64,000 nucleotides of DNA from Chloroflexota bacterium (GCA_964291655.2 OZ219802.1:640001-704000), one strand, 5' to 3'; positions 29,626 through 41,614 are shown, counted from the first letter of the stretch. Numbers and translations: made by a program. The notes: generated by a model not told the origin, from the sequence alone.

Positions 29626-31146
29626 ATGGCAGTCATGCAAACCGCACCGGGCATAGTTTTCGCCGGCATTCAGCCGGACCTTGCCGCAGTGCGCGCACTC
29701 GCGGCAGAGGGGCTGACAGTGCCCATTTCACTCACTATCCCCGCGGATTTGGAAACTCCGGTCTCTGCCTACCTCAAGATTGCCCAGGGCGACTACTCAT
29801 TTCTGCTCGAGAGTGTTCAGGGCAGCGAGAGCCTGGGCCGGTACTCGTTCATCGGAACCAATCCGTCTACCGTCCTGCGCATGGACAACGGCATGGCAAC
29901 CTGCAAACAGGGCGGGGAAAGCGAAACTCGCACGTATTCGGACCCATTAGCGTTGCTTCAAGAAGAGCTTGCCAAGACCAATTTCGCCGCCATGCCCGGC
30001 CTGCCGCGTTTTCAAGGCGGCGCCGTCGGTTATCTCGGCTATGAGAGCGTTCGCTATTTCGAGCCCAGGGTGCCGCTTCCGGCGGAGAATGCCTTGCCTG
30101 TGCCCGAGGGGGTATTCATGTTCACGGATAGCTTAGTGATGTTCGACCACTTCAAGCACAGCCTCACGATCATCTCCTACGTCCCACCCCATGGAGATGT
30201 CGCCGCGAACTACCAGGACGCGGTAGAAAGTGTCGAGACCATCCACGCGCGTCTGCAACGTACCGTGCCCTTCGTGCGCGACACGACGAGCTCCGGCGCA
30301 GCCGTGCCCACAAAGAGCGAAGCGCAGCATCATGCCATGGTGCGCGCAGCGAAAGAGTACATCGCAGCGGGCGACATCATCCAAGCCGTTTTGGGTTTGC
30401 GCTGGACGCGCCAGTTGGGCGTGCATCCGTACTCGGTGTATCGCGCGTTGCGCATGATCAATCCGTCGCCGTACATGTACTATTTGCAGCTTGATGACAT
30501 GCAAATCGTCGGCGCCTCACCGGAGATGCTGGTGCGGGTAGAGGGGTCTCACGTCACGACGCGCCCCATCGCCGGTACCCGACGACGGGGAAGCACGCCG
30601 GAAGAAGACGCGGCACTCGCCGCAGAATTGCTGGCCAGCGCAAAGGAACGCGCGGAACACATCATGCTCGTGGACCTGGGACGGAATGACCTCGGACGGG
30701 TCTGCCGCCCCGGCTCCGTGCATGTCCCGACGCTCATGGTAGTGGAAGAGTTTTCCCACGTGATGCACATCGTCTCAAAAGTGGAAGGGGAGCTCTTGCC
30801 GGGCAAGACGGCATTTGACGCCCTCCGCTCGTGTTTTCCGGCGGGCACGCTCTCCGGCGCGCCCAAAGTGCGCGCCATGGAGATAATCTCAGAACTCGAA
30901 GGCACAACGCGGGGACCTTACGGCGGTGCTGTCGGCTATTTCGACTACTCCGGCAATATGGATATGGCAATCACCATTCGCACGATGACCGTGAAAGACA
31001 ACACGGCCTACATCCAGGCCGGCGGCGGTATCGTGGCGGATTCCGATCCCGAAGAGGAGTACCAAGAGGTGTGCAACAAGGCCGCCTCGACCATGCGGGC
31101 GATTGACGTCGCGGAGGAGATGGAACGTGATCTTCATGCTGGATAA
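29626..31146 (+). CDS. trpE: Anthranilate synthase component I
   Basis: DLETPV, FLLESV, NPSPYMYY, ASPE, PIAGT, KERAEHIMLVDLGRND, GTLSGAPKVRAM. Confidence 0.96.
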   Translation: MAVMQTAPGIVFAGIQPDLAAVRALAAEGLTVPISLTIPADLETPVSAYLKIAQGDYSFLLESVQGSESLGRYSFIGTNPSTVLRMDNGMATCKQGGESETRTYSDPLALLQEELAKTNFAAMPGLPRFQGGAVGYLGYESVRYFEPRVPLPAENALPVPEGVFMFTDSLVMFDHFKHSLTIISYVPPHGDVAANYQDAVESVETIHARLQRTVPFVRDTTSSGAAVPTKSEAQHHAMVRAAKEYIAAGDIIQAVLGLRWTRQLGVHPYSVYRALRMINPSPYMYYLQLDDMQIVGASPEMLVRVEGSHVTTRPIAGTRRRGSTPEEDAALAAELLASAKERAEHIMLVDLGRNDLGRVCRPGSVHVPTLMVVEEFSHVMHIVSKVEGELLPGKTAFDALRSCFPAGTLSGAPKVRAMEIISELEGTTRGPYGGAVGYFDYSGNMDMAITIRTMTVKDNTAYIQAGGGIVADSDPEEEYQEVCNKAASTMRAIDVAEEMERDLHAG

Positions 31147-31750
31147 CTACGATTCGTTTACCTACAATCTGGTGCAATACATGGGTGAACTCGGCGCCGA
31201 TCTGGAAGTGGCGCGCAACGACAAGACCACTGTGAAAGCAGTGATGGCGAGCCGGCCGGATGGCATTGTCATCTCGCCGGGCCCGTGTACGCCCCATGAA
31301 GCCGGCATCTCAAACGACCTTATCACGCAGGCTGCGGGCAAGATACCGCTTCTTGGTGTCTGCCTTGGACACCAGTGCATCGGCCAGGTTTTTGGCGGCA
31401 ACGTGATTCGCGCGGACAGACTGATGCACGGCAAGACCTCGATGATCCACCACCACGGTAGAGACCTGTTTGCAGACCTGGATAACCCCTTTGTCGCGAC
31501 GCGCTACCATTCCCTGATTGTGGATCCCTTGCAGTTTCCATCAGCCCTCGACGTGACGGCACGAGCAGACGATGGAACGATTATGAGTGTGCGCCACCAG
31601 GAATACCCGATCTATGGGGTCCAGTTTCATCCCGAGTCCATCCTCACCACAGAAGGCAAGAAACTCCTGCAGAATTTCCTCAACATTGTCGAGCAGCACC
31701 ACTCGCGGAAAACGCAGGCGGCTTCCGCGCAAAAGGGGGCAGAGGGATGA
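31127..31750 (+). CDS. trpG: Anthranilate synthase component II (glutamine amidotransferase)
   Basis: LDNYDSFTYNL, ISPGP, LGVCLGHQ, RYHSL, QFHPES; GTG start overlapping trpE. Confidence 0.95.
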   Translation: MIFMLDNYDSFTYNLVQYMGELGADLEVARNDKTTVKAVMASRPDGIVISPGPCTPHEAGISNDLITQAAGKIPLLGVCLGHQCIGQVFGGNVIRADRLMHGKTSMIHHHGRDLFADLDNPFVATRYHSLIVDPLQFPSALDVTARADDGTIMSVRHQEYPIYGVQFHPESILTTEGKKLLQNFLNIVEQHHSRKTQAASAQKGAEG

Positions 31751-32763
31751 TAGTTGAAGCTACGATCAAAGCCACTGATGGTGCGCCGCTCACCCGCGAC
31801 GAAGCGGCTGAGGTAATGACCGAGATCATGGATGCGGCCTGCACGCCGGCGCAATTCGGCGCTTTTGTCACGGCACTCCGTGCCAAGGGCGAAACCGCTG
31901 ACGAGATTGCCGGGTGTGCCGAGGTGATGCGTGAAAAAGCGTTGCCGGTTGCGGTTAGTCAACCAGTAGCGGACACATGCGGCACCGGGGGAACCGGCGT
32001 TGACACATTCAACATCTCCACTGCAACTGCCTTTGTCATGGCGGGCGCCGGGCAGCCCGTGGCAAAGCATGGGAACCGTGCCATGACGAGAACGAGCGGC
32101 AGCGCGGACGTGTTGGAGGCGCTAGGAGTTAAGATCGATCTTGGCCCTGAAGAAGTAGCGCGCTGTATTGAAGAAGTGGGAATGGGCTTCATGTTCGCGC
32201 AACGCTTTCACCCTGCCATGAAATTTGCCGCGCCGCTGCGGCGTGAAATTGGCATCCGCACGATTTTCAACATTCTCGGCCCCCTCACTAATCCTGCCCG
32301 AGCCAGCTTTCAAGTGCTTGGAGTCGCCAACGCCAGTCTAGTGGAGGTCATGGCCCGTGTACTTGGCATGCTCGGTGTGCAGCGCGCACTTGTGGTGCAT
32401 GGAGAATTGGACGGAGTTGATGAGATTTCCGTCTGCGGTCCTACGTTGGTGTCCGAATGGGACGGCAGCAACGTGAGAAGCTACCGCCTGGAACCGGCGG
32501 AATTTGGGCTCAACGCAGCGCCGGTGGGTGAGGTACTGGGCAGATCGGAAGCAATGAACGCCCAATACGTCCGCGACGTGGTGGCCGGCAAGCCGGGCCC
32601 GCGCCGCGACGTGGTGGTCATGAATGCCGCCGCCGGTCTTGTCGTAAGTGGTAAAGCGAGTGACTGGAAAGCAGGCGCGGAGCAGGCTGCCGCCGCTATC
32701 GACAACGGCCAGGCCGCCGCCAAACTGGAAGCGTTTGCGAGCCTCAGTCAAAGTCTCGCCTGA
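31747..32763 (+). CDS. trpD: Anthranilate phosphoribosyltransferase
   Basis: DTCGTGG, FNIST, AKHGNR, GSADVLEALG, FNILGPLTNP. Confidence 0.96.
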   Translation: MIVEATIKATDGAPLTRDEAAEVMTEIMDAACTPAQFGAFVTALRAKGETADEIAGCAEVMREKALPVAVSQPVADTCGTGGTGVDTFNISTATAFVMAGAGQPVAKHGNRAMTRTSGSADVLEALGVKIDLGPEEVARCIEEVGMGFMFAQRFHPAMKFAAPLRREIGIRTIFNILGPLTNPARASFQVLGVANASLVEVMARVLGMLGVQRALVVHGELDGVDEISVCGPTLVSEWDGSNVRSYRLEPAEFGLNAAPVGEVLGRSEAMNAQYVRDVVAGKPGPRRDVVVMNAAAGLVVSGKASDWKAGAEQAAAAIDNGQAAAKLEAFASLSQSLA

Positions 32764-32811
32764 TACCGAATACGAATGTGGAATCACTAGTAAACAAGGC
32801 TCCGCGGTTAT

Positions 32812-32847
32812 CCCCTCTCCCTGATGGAGAGGGTTAGGGTGAGGGTG
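32812..32847. repeat. CCCTCTCCC..GGAGAGGGTTAGGGTGAGGG palindromic repeat
   Basis: Intact copy of the repeat family that is split by IS481 at 45433/46715. Confidence 0.75.
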
Positions 32848-32895
32848 AAGCGTCAGAGTAGGTCTGCGGTTGAAAAGGTACTTAGGGCCAGGCAC

Positions 32896-33756
32896 ATGAT
32901 TCTCGATACCATCCTGCAGCACAAAGAACGCGAATTGGCGGAGAGGCAGGCTGCCGTTCCGCTGGCCGCACTGATACAAGAGGCGGAAGCCGCGGCCCCG
33001 CCACGCGATTTCGCGGCTGCGCTGCGCCAAGACGGCATTCGTTTGATCGCCGAGATCAAACGCGCTTCGCCGTCCAAAGGCGTGTTTGCGCCCGGCCTCG
33101 ATCCGGCAGCACTTGCACAGACCTATGAGTCTGGCGGCGCGAGCGCGCTATCCGTTCTCACCGACGAGCGGTTCTTTCAAGGTTCGTTAAGCGATCTCAC
33201 GGCCGCGCGATCTGCCGTGGACATTCCCGCATTGCGCAAGGACTTTACCACGGACGAATACCACATCATAGAAGCCCGTGCCGCGGGCGCCGACGCCGTG
33301 CTGCTCATTGTCAGTGCCCTGCCTCAGCCACGCCTGCGGGCGCTGCTTCTCTGCGCGAAGGAGTGGGGGATGGCCGCCATCGTGGAAGTGCACACGGCGG
33401 AAGAAGCCGAGCAAGCCTTAGCTGTCGGCGCGGCAATCATCGGCATAAACAACCGCAACCTGCACACGTTCGAGACTAATCTGGAAACCACGGCTGAACT
33501 CCGCGCGCTCATTCCCAGCGACCTCATAGTGGTCAGCGAAAGCGGTATCCATACACCCAACGACGTGGCGCAACTGCACGCCTGGAACGTAGACGCCATG
33601 CTCATCGGCGAGGCGTTGGTTACCGCTCCCAACACAGCCGCCAAAGTTGCATCGCTTGTTGAGGCCGCGAGACCACCGCGCGTTACTTCTCCGTCTAGCG
33701 ATTCACCTGCCGTCATTCCGGCGAAAGCCGGAATCCAGAAGAGGCATCGCGTATGA
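32896..33756 (+). CDS. trpC: Indole-3-glycerol phosphate synthase
   Basis: IAEIKRASPSKG, SVLTD..FF.GS, LRKDF, IGINNRNL, VSESGI; C-terminal tail encoded by a palindromic repeat. Confidence 0.95.
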   Translation: MILDTILQHKERELAERQAAVPLAALIQEAEAAAPPRDFAAALRQDGIRLIAEIKRASPSKGVFAPGLDPAALAQTYESGGASALSVLTDERFFQGSLSDLTAARSAVDIPALRKDFTTDEYHIIEARAAGADAVLLIVSALPQPRLRALLLCAKEWGMAAIVEVHTAEEAEQALAVGAAIIGINNRNLHTFETNLETTAELRALIPSDLIVVSESGIHTPNDVAQLHAWNVDAMLIGEALVTAPNTAAKVASLVEAARPPRVTSPSSDSPAVIPAKAGIQKRHRV

Positions 33757-34424
33757 CAACCTCACGAGAGCCTGAAACACTAAGCGATTCGGATAATTCC
33801 CTTTCGCCCAAAGTCAAAATCTGCGGCATCATGGCGCCGGCCGACGCGGAAGCGGCCGCAGCGCACGGCGCGGACTTTCTCGGCTTGAACTTCGTAACGG
33901 GAAGACGCCGGTGCTTAACATTGGACAGGGCACAGGACATTATCCGGTCGCTCGGATCCGCGTGCCCGCCAACTGTAGGTCTCTTTCTCAATGAAGACCC
34001 CACGGTGGTGCGTGACGTTGTCGCCGCAATCGGTCTTCAGTACGTGCAGTTCTGTGGACAGGAGTCCCCGGCCTACTGCGCGGAAGTGGGCGTCCCCTAT
34101 TGGAAGGTTATCAACCTGCACTCGGTCGGGGATTTCGAGCGGATGAATCGATACGCCGACGCCACTGCCTTTCTGTTGGAAGGCGCCGACAACGGGCCGG
34201 GCGGCACCGGCCAAACCTGGGATTGGGGTCTTGCCAGCGCGGCGCCGCGCGACCGCCCCACTCTGATCGCAGGCGGGCTAAACCCTGAAAACGTCGGAGA
34301 AGCCATCGCGCGGGCGCGGCCCTGGGGCGTGGATGTCAGCAGCGGCGTTGAAACCAATGGAGCCAAAGACCCCGACAGGATCGCCGCATTCATCCACCAA
34401 GCAAGAGACGCCTCGTTACCGTGA
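33753..34424 (+). CDS. trpF: Phosphoribosylanthranilate isomerase
   Basis: VKICGI, GGTGQTWDW, IAGGLNPENV, GVDVSSGVE. Confidence 0.95.
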   Translation: MTTSREPETLSDSDNSLSPKVKICGIMAPADAEAAAAHGADFLGLNFVTGRRRCLTLDRAQDIIRSLGSACPPTVGLFLNEDPTVVRDVVAAIGLQYVQFCGQESPAYCAEVGVPYWKVINLHSVGDFERMNRYADATAFLLEGADNGPGGTGQTWDWGLASAAPRDRPTLIAGGLNPENVGEAIARARPWGVDVSSGVETNGAKDPDRIAAFIHQARDASLP

Positions 34425-34435
34425 GAGGAATCACA

Positions 34436-34645
34436 ATGAAACGGCTTGAAGAGTTGGTTCAGGAGTTGCCCCCGGAGTTGCAGCAGGGAGTCTACGACTT
34501 TGCGCGCTTTCTGCTAGAAACGAAAGCCAAACCGCGCCGCAAGGGCAAGCTCCGTCTCAACTGGGCTGGAGGACTACGTGATTATCGCGACCGCTATACC
34601 TCACTTGATCTCCAGCGTAAAGCGCTCGAATGGCGGGGGGACTGA
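34436..34645 (+). CDS. DUF2281-family protein (putative antitoxin)
   Basis: ELVQELPPELQQGVYDFARFL...LNWAGGL...YTSLDLQ..ALEW pattern. Confidence 0.7.
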   Translation: MKRLEELVQELPPELQQGVYDFARFLLETKAKPRRKGKLRLNWAGGLRDYRDRYTSLDLQRKALEWRGD

Positions 34646-34919
34646 TGAATTCGACAATGTCATTTGGCAATAAGCGCGCTTGCCAAGGATACGAACAGAA
34701 GAGTACCAGCCCGTCATTCCCGCGAAAGCGGGAATCCATCCCCCTGGACTCCAGCGCGAGCCGGAGTCACAGAGAGGGCCTACGGGTACCAGTGTGTGCC
34801 GGAATGTCAAATCCCACCTTTCAGTTGAATACACGGTAGAAAAGGGACAAGACTGCTAGCACACAGACACGATAATTCCCAAGTCATCACATAATCCCAG
34901 TCAAGGAGGAAACTCAACT

Positions 34920-35990
<1,071 letters not shown>

Positions 35991-36074
35991 GCGCAGAAGA
36001 TCGAGAACCAGTAAGAGTGCAATGCCCCGACGCGCCTGATGCGCTCGACGGCACTAAACAATAGGAGCGATCAA

Positions 36075-37274
36075 GTGGCAACTTCACCACCACTCACCGT
36101 GCGGGGACAGTTTGGTCCCTACGGGGGCCGTTACGTTCCCGAAACCGTAATACCGGCCTTGGAAGAATTGGAGGAAGCCTACGCCGACATACGTGACGAC
36201 GCTGATTTCCAGCAGGAACTTAATGGCTTGCTGGACCGTTACGTCGGACGCCCCACGCCGATCTACCATGCCGCCCGCTTGAGCGCGGAGATCGGCGGCG
36301 CGCAAATGTATCTAAAGCGCGAGGACCTGGCGCACACGGGCGCCCACAAGATCAACAATGCTCTCGGACAAGCGCTCCTCGCCAAGCGGATCGGGCGGAC
36401 TCGCATTATCGCCGAAACCGGCGCCGGCCAGCATGGCGTCGCCACGGCCGCTGCGTGCGCCATGCTCGGACTCGAGTGCATCGTCTACATGGGCGAGGTT
36501 GACGTGCACCGCCAAACGCTCAACGTCTTCCGCATGAAACTGCTCGGCGCGACCGTCGTGCCGGTCATGTCCGGCAGCCGCACGCTCAAGGACGCCATCA
36601 ATGAGACGATCCGTGACTGGGTCACCAACGTAGAGACCACCCACTACATCATCGGCTCCGTGGTGGGTCCACATCCATATCCCACCATCGTACGCGACTT
36701 GCAGAGCGTCATCGGCAGCGAAGCGCGGGAACAATGCTTGAAACAGTTTGGGCGCTTGCCTGACGTCGTGGTAGCGTGCGTGGGCGGCGGCAGTAACGCC
36801 ATTGGCATATTCCATCCATTCGTTGACGACACTGAGGTGCGTCTGGTTGGTGTGGAAGCCGCCGGGCACGGCATCGAAAGCGGTGAGCACGCGGCGACTC
36901 TGGTGGCGGGTAGCCCAGGCACGCTCCACGGTGCCAAGAGCTACCTGCTGCAGGACGACGAGGGCCAGATCTACGAACCTCATAGCATCTCCGCCGGTCT
37001 GGACTACCCCGGTGTCGGCCCGGAGCATAGTTACCTAAAGGACATTGGCCGGGCAAGCTATGTTGGTGTCACAGATCAACAAGCGTTGGAAGGCTTCCAA
37101 CACCTCTGCCGGGCCGAAGGCATCATTCCCGCGTTGGAACCTGCGCACGCCATGTACCACGCCGCGCAATTGGCGAGTGAACTGCCTAAGGACAACATTG
37201 TCTTGGTCAATCTCTCCGGCCGCGGGGACAAAGACATGACCATCGTCGCCGAAGGACTGGGGGTGGCGCTGTGA
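36075..37274 (+). CDS. trpB: Tryptophan synthase beta chain
   Basis: [61 protein letters not shown]. Confidence 0.97.
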   Translation: MATSPPLTVRGQFGPYGGRYVPETVIPALEELEEAYADIRDDADFQQELNGLLDRYVGRPTPIYHAARLSAEIGGAQMYLKREDLAHTGAHKINNALGQALLAKRIGRTRIIAETGAGQHGVATAAACAMLGLECIVYMGEVDVHRQTLNVFRMKLLGATVVPVMSGSRTLKDAINETIRDWVTNVETTHYIIGSVVGPHPYPTIVRDLQSVIGSEAREQCLKQFGRLPDVVVACVGGGSNAIGIFHPFVDDTEVRLVGVEAAGHGIESGEHAATLVAGSPGTLHGAKSYLLQDDEGQIYEPHSISAGLDYPGVGPEHSYLKDIGRASYVGVTDQQALEGFQHLCRAEGIIPALEPAHAMYHAAQLASELPKDNIVLVNLSGRGDKDMTIVAEGLGVAL

Positions 37275-38074
37275 GTCGCATTAGTGCAGCGTTCGCCCAA
37301 GCGAAGGCAGAGAGTCGAGCCGCGCTCATCACCTACGCTACCGTCGGGTATCCCACACCTTCCCATTCTGCGGACGTCGTGCGCGCGCTGCTTGCCGGCG
37401 GCTCGGATATCGTCGAGCTCGGCATTCCCTTCTCCGATCCCCTTGCCGACGGAGCAACAATCCAACACGCATCGCAAGTCGCTCTCGAACAGGGCACCAC
37501 GCTTCGCATGTCGTTTGACATCGTACGCGAGCTGCGGGCGGAAGGAGTCACAACCCCCCTTGTCTTCATGGGGTACAACAATCCCTTCCTCCATTTCGGT
37601 TTGGAACGCGTTGTGGACGCAGCCGCCGAGATCGGTCTCGACGGCTTCATCGTACCGGACTTGCCGCCGGAAGAAGGACAGGAGTTTGGGGGCCTTGCCC
37701 AGGCGCATGGACTCGACCTCATCCCGCTGCTGGCGCCTACGAGTACGGAATCCCGCATCGCGGCCAACGTCAACGCCGGCAGTGGCTTCGTCTACTGCGT
37801 ATCGCTCACCGGCGTCACCGGTGCCCGCGAGCAACTCTCCGCCACGCTGCCTGACTTTCTCGGCCGCGTGCGCCAGCACACCGACCTGCCGCTGGCCGTG
37901 GGCTTTGGGGTGTCGCGGCCCGAGCACGTTGCCACGATAGCGCAAATCGCCGAGGGTGTGGTAAGCGCGAGCGCCCTGATTAATGTGCTGGACGAGACCC
38001 CCGCAAATCGACGTTTTGCGGCCCTGACGGAACTCGTAAGCGCCATGCGCGAGGCTACTGCCCACACACACTAA
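37271..38074 (+). CDS. trpA: Tryptophan synthase alpha chain
   Basis: [38 protein letters not shown]. Confidence 0.96.
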   Translation: MSRISAAFAQAKAESRAALITYATVGYPTPSHSADVVRALLAGGSDIVELGIPFSDPLADGATIQHASQVALEQGTTLRMSFDIVRELRAEGVTTPLVFMGYNNPFLHFGLERVVDAAAEIGLDGFIVPDLPPEEGQEFGGLAQAHGLDLIPLLAPTSTESRIAANVNAGSGFVYCVSLTGVTGAREQLSATLPDFLGRVRQHTDLPLAVGFGVSRPEHVATIAQIAEGVVSASALINVLDETPANRRFAALTELVSAMREATAHTH

Positions 38075-38090
38075 CCGCAAAGGGGCACTC

Positions 38091-38780
38091 ATGGGCGTGC
38101 AATTGTCTCGTGTTGTACCCTGGGGTCGCTCGCTGGCTGAGTATGTGGGCATGTTTGCACTTAGCCAGCAAGACCTGGGAAAGCGCATCCTCGGCTGTGC
38201 GGACGGCCCCGCGAGCTTCAACGCGGAGATGACAGCTCGGGGCCATCAGGTCGTGTCCTGCGATCCCGTTTATGTCTTCAGCACTCAGGAACTGCGGCTG
38301 CGCTTCGACGAAACGTACGCGACGATGATGGCCCAGATGCCTGCGAAGCGCGACAATTTCGTATGGGAGACAATACCGTCTATCGAGGCGCTCGGTGAAA
38401 TGCGGCAGACCGCCATGGGAGTTTTCATCCGCGACTTTGGGTGCAGCCAGCGCGGCAACCGCTATGTCGCCTCTGCGCTCCCCCACCTCGCCTTTGCCGA
38501 CAAGGCCTTCGATCTTGCCCTCTGTTCCAATTTTCTCTTTCTGTACTCCGAGCACTTGAGTGGAGCCTTTCATGTAGCGGCCCTGCGCGAACTCTGCCGC
38601 GTCGCAACTGAAGTCCGCGTCTTTCCTATACTTGATCTGGATGGCCGGGTTTCGCCCCACCTCGCTCTGGCGCTCAATGCCCTCCGCCGCGAAGGTTTCA
38701 ATGCTACGGTGCGGACGGTGCCGTACGAGTTTCTCAAAGGCGCTAACGAGATGCTCGCAATCACACGGACAAGTGAATAG
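38091..38780 (+). CDS. SAM-dependent methyltransferase-like protein
   Basis: VVPWGRSLAEY, ILGCADGPASFNAE, FDLALCS.FLFLY. Confidence 0.75.
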   Translation: MGVQLSRVVPWGRSLAEYVGMFALSQQDLGKRILGCADGPASFNAEMTARGHQVVSCDPVYVFSTQELRLRFDETYATMMAQMPAKRDNFVWETIPSIEALGEMRQTAMGVFIRDFGCSQRGNRYVASALPHLAFADKAFDLALCSNFLFLYSEHLSGAFHVAALRELCRVATEVRVFPILDLDGRVSPHLALALNALRREGFNATVRTVPYEFLKGANEMLAITRTSE

Positions 38781-38958
38781 CATAGATTTGCAACCTGTGC
38801 CCGCCGGGTGGCCAGTTCCCATCCACAAAGTTTAGGTAACTTAGATTGCATATCACAGAAGATCACTGCTACGCGGCTAAACTCTTGAGCGGTAGTCTTC
38901 AGTAGATCGATTGAGAAGAAATTACATAGGCCCTGCCTAGGGGGATGCAAGATCAACC

Positions 38959-39765
38959 ATGCTGCACGTCGCGTGTTCGACGCTTTGCTTCACACAGTTG
39001 CCGCTTGATGAAGCGCTAAAGCGCATCGCACAACTAGGCTTTCGTTATGTCGATCTGGGTGTGCAGGCCTGGGCGCACGCGAGCGCAACGGAATTGGCGC
39101 AATCCGGTGAAGGCTTTGGCGACACGCTGCAGCGGGGACTGGAGCAAGCCGGCGTGGCACTCAGCGCGATGAATGTGGGTCTCGAGCGGGCTGCCAGCGT
39201 CTCGTTGGAAGAACAGACTGCAGCCGTTGCTGCACTCGCTGCCTCCCACGGTCTCCCAGCAATCTGCATCAATGCGCCTGCAAACGGCACGCCTTTGGGA
39301 ACAGCGATAAAAGAATTGCGACTACTTGCCGCTCTCGCCGACCGTTACGGCGTCACGCTCTGTCTCGAGACGCACATCGGTTGTCTCACCGAACTACCGG
39401 CTGTAGCGGTGCGGGTGGCCGAGTCGGTGCCGAATCTCGGCCTCGCCCTCGACCCCTCGCATTTCTACGCCGGCCCGTGGCAGGGCCGCGACTTCTCAGC
39501 TACGTTTCCCCATACACGCATCGTCCACCTTCGCGACGCGGGCACATCTCCTGACAGAATCCTTGTGCCCCCCGGCGAGGGATGCGTGGACTTTTCCGCA
39601 CTTCTCCGCGGGCTGGTGCAGGTCGGTTACTCGGGACCTCTTGCCGTGGAATACATCGATACCCGGGTCGGGCTTGACGCATTCGCCGAGCATGTTAGCC
39701 ACGTGAAGACGATGGCCACCTTGGCAGAGAGACTGCTCTCGGGACTAGACGCTCCGTTCAGATAG
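38959..39765 (+). CDS. Sugar phosphate isomerase/epimerase (TIM barrel)
   Basis: LETH, LDPSH, HLRD, AVEY. Confidence 0.82.
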   Translation: MLHVACSTLCFTQLPLDEALKRIAQLGFRYVDLGVQAWAHASATELAQSGEGFGDTLQRGLEQAGVALSAMNVGLERAASVSLEEQTAAVAALAASHGLPAICINAPANGTPLGTAIKELRLLAALADRYGVTLCLETHIGCLTELPAVAVRVAESVPNLGLALDPSHFYAGPWQGRDFSATFPHTRIVHLRDAGTSPDRILVPPGEGCVDFSALLRGLVQVGYSGPLAVEYIDTRVGLDAFAEHVSHVKTMATLAERLLSGLDAPFR

Positions 39766-40018
39766 CCGTTGTCCCGATTGATGGCGCCATGACTCCCGTC
39801 CGCGCAAGTGCTATACTCCTATCAACTTGGCATTCAAAGTCCTAAGACGAGAAACAGCTTCTTGCCGAAGATCTCCCCAAGGCTAATTCGGCAGTTCAGC
39901 AATCCGGCTTCGATGCCAAGAGGCCATCGCATCCAACCAGCAGCAAGTCGACATGACTAACACTTCACGTAGTCTCAACTCCTTCGCCGCTCTCCCGCAG
40001 AGCTAGCAATTAAGTCAG

Positions 40019-41308
40019 GTGCCTATGGCAGCCACCGCGACCGCCGCCGCGCCCGAACGTCCCAAGCTTCTCTCCGTTGGAAGCTGGGTGCTCTATGACC
40101 TTGCCAACACGATATTTTCCTTTAATATCGTTTCGCTCTATTTCTCGCTGTGGATCGTCAACGACATGGGCGGGAAGGACAGCGATTACGCACTCGCCAA
40201 TAGCTTCTCCATGTTCGTTGTCTTCCTGGTGGCACCGTTCTTGGGCGCGCTCTCGGACCAGACGCCTCGCAGGATGCCGTTTCTCATTGCGACGACGCTT
40301 GTGTGTTGCCTTGCGACCTTCCTGCTGGGCATCACGGGCATATTCATTGCGCTCCTGATATTCATCGTCGCCAACGTCTTCTATCAATCCGGCCTCATCT
40401 TCTACGACGCGCTGCTCCCGGTCGTTAGCACGCCGGAGAACCGGGGGCGCGTGGGCGGCATTGGTGTCGGTATAGGCTACATGGGATCGTTCATCGGCGT
40501 TATCATGGGCCTCATCGTCTTGGAGAACAATCCCGACGCTAAACCGCTCGTCTTCAAGTTGACTGCGGTACTCTTCCTGATCTTTGCCGTGCCCTGCTTT
40601 CTTTGGGTGCGAGAGCAGCCACGAGTCGGCAGCGTCATACTGGGGAAACAGGCTGCCGGTCGCGCGCTCAAAGATCTCCGCCAGACTCTCACCCGCTTGG
40701 CTGAACTACCGAATCTGCGGCGTTTTCTCATTGGTCGCGTCTTCTATACTGACGCCGCGAATACCTTCATCATTTTCATGGGTATCTACTTGACCAATGA
40801 GGTGGGCTTTAGCGATTCAGAGGTGCAGATAGCCTTGCTGCTAGGCATCCTCGGGGCCACTTTGGGCGGGTTGTCGTGGGGCTTTGTCGTAGATTGGATT
40901 GGCCCAAAGCCTTCCTTGCTGATGGTGATCGGGCTGTGGTCTTTTGTCATCACCCTGACCTTCTCCATACCACTCTTCAGCCTCGCCCCAGTCTTATTCT
41001 GGGCAATTGCGCCGCTCGGGGGATATGCGCTCGGTTCCACGTGGGCGGCCGACCGGCCCCTGATGCTGCGTCTCGCCCCAGCAGAGCACATCGGCCAGTT
41101 TTACGGCCTTTATGCCATGGTGGGACGCTTTGCCGCCATTATCGGGCCGCTCATCTGGGCATTAATCGTCAACGGTCTGGATTGGGGCCGCCCAGTGGCG
41201 GTTGCAGCCTTCCTACCCATGATGGTGATTGCCGCTTGGTTCATCTTCCGTGTGGACGACGCGACGGAACAGACTGCTCCCACAGACAAGACTCCGCAAG
41301 CCGTCTAA
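40019..41308 (+). CDS. MFS transporter (UMF1/BtlA-like)
   Basis: WVLYDLANTIF, ~12 hydrophobic segments, FYDALLP, GQFYGLY. Confidence 0.88.
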   Translation: MPMAATATAAAPERPKLLSVGSWVLYDLANTIFSFNIVSLYFSLWIVNDMGGKDSDYALANSFSMFVVFLVAPFLGALSDQTPRRMPFLIATTLVCCLATFLLGITGIFIALLIFIVANVFYQSGLIFYDALLPVVSTPENRGRVGGIGVGIGYMGSFIGVIMGLIVLENNPDAKPLVFKLTAVLFLIFAVPCFLWVREQPRVGSVILGKQAAGRALKDLRQTLTRLAELPNLRRFLIGRVFYTDAANTFIIFMGIYLTNEVGFSDSEVQIALLLGILGATLGGLSWGFVVDWIGPKPSLLMVIGLWSFVITLTFSIPLFSLAPVLFWAIAPLGGYALGSTWAADRPLMLRLAPAEHIGQFYGLYAMVGRFAAIIGPLIWALIVNGLDWGRPVAVAAFLPMMVIAAWFIFRVDDATEQTAPTDKTPQAV

Positions 41309-41399
41309 GAAAGATGTGCGAGAAGCTCTTAACCTCACCATCCGTTCGCCCTGAGCCTGTCGAAGGGTGAGCGGACGTCTCTTTCACACACCCTCTAAG
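41305..41399. repeat. Short TIR-bounded element around CCGTTCGCCCTGAGCCTGTCGAAGG palindrome
   Basis: Left CTAAGAAAGATGTGCGAGAAG loosely matches revcomp of right end CTTAGAGGGTGTGTGAAAG; similar core near 27248. Confidence 0.45.
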
Positions 41400-41614
41400 C
41401 CATTCTCACCACACTAATGGATCGGCCCGGCCGCAGCGGGCGTATGCGCGCGCTCCCTCAACCAACGCTTGCCGTCCGCGCGGCTGCGCGGCCACACCGA
41501 CTGCTCTGATCACCGGCCTTAATCTCGCGACAACCTTCCTTACATGTTGCTCTAATCTTCCTCGGAGATACTGGATATGAGAAGAAAGTGAAGCAGATGA
41601 AAGGAAGGCAATAT

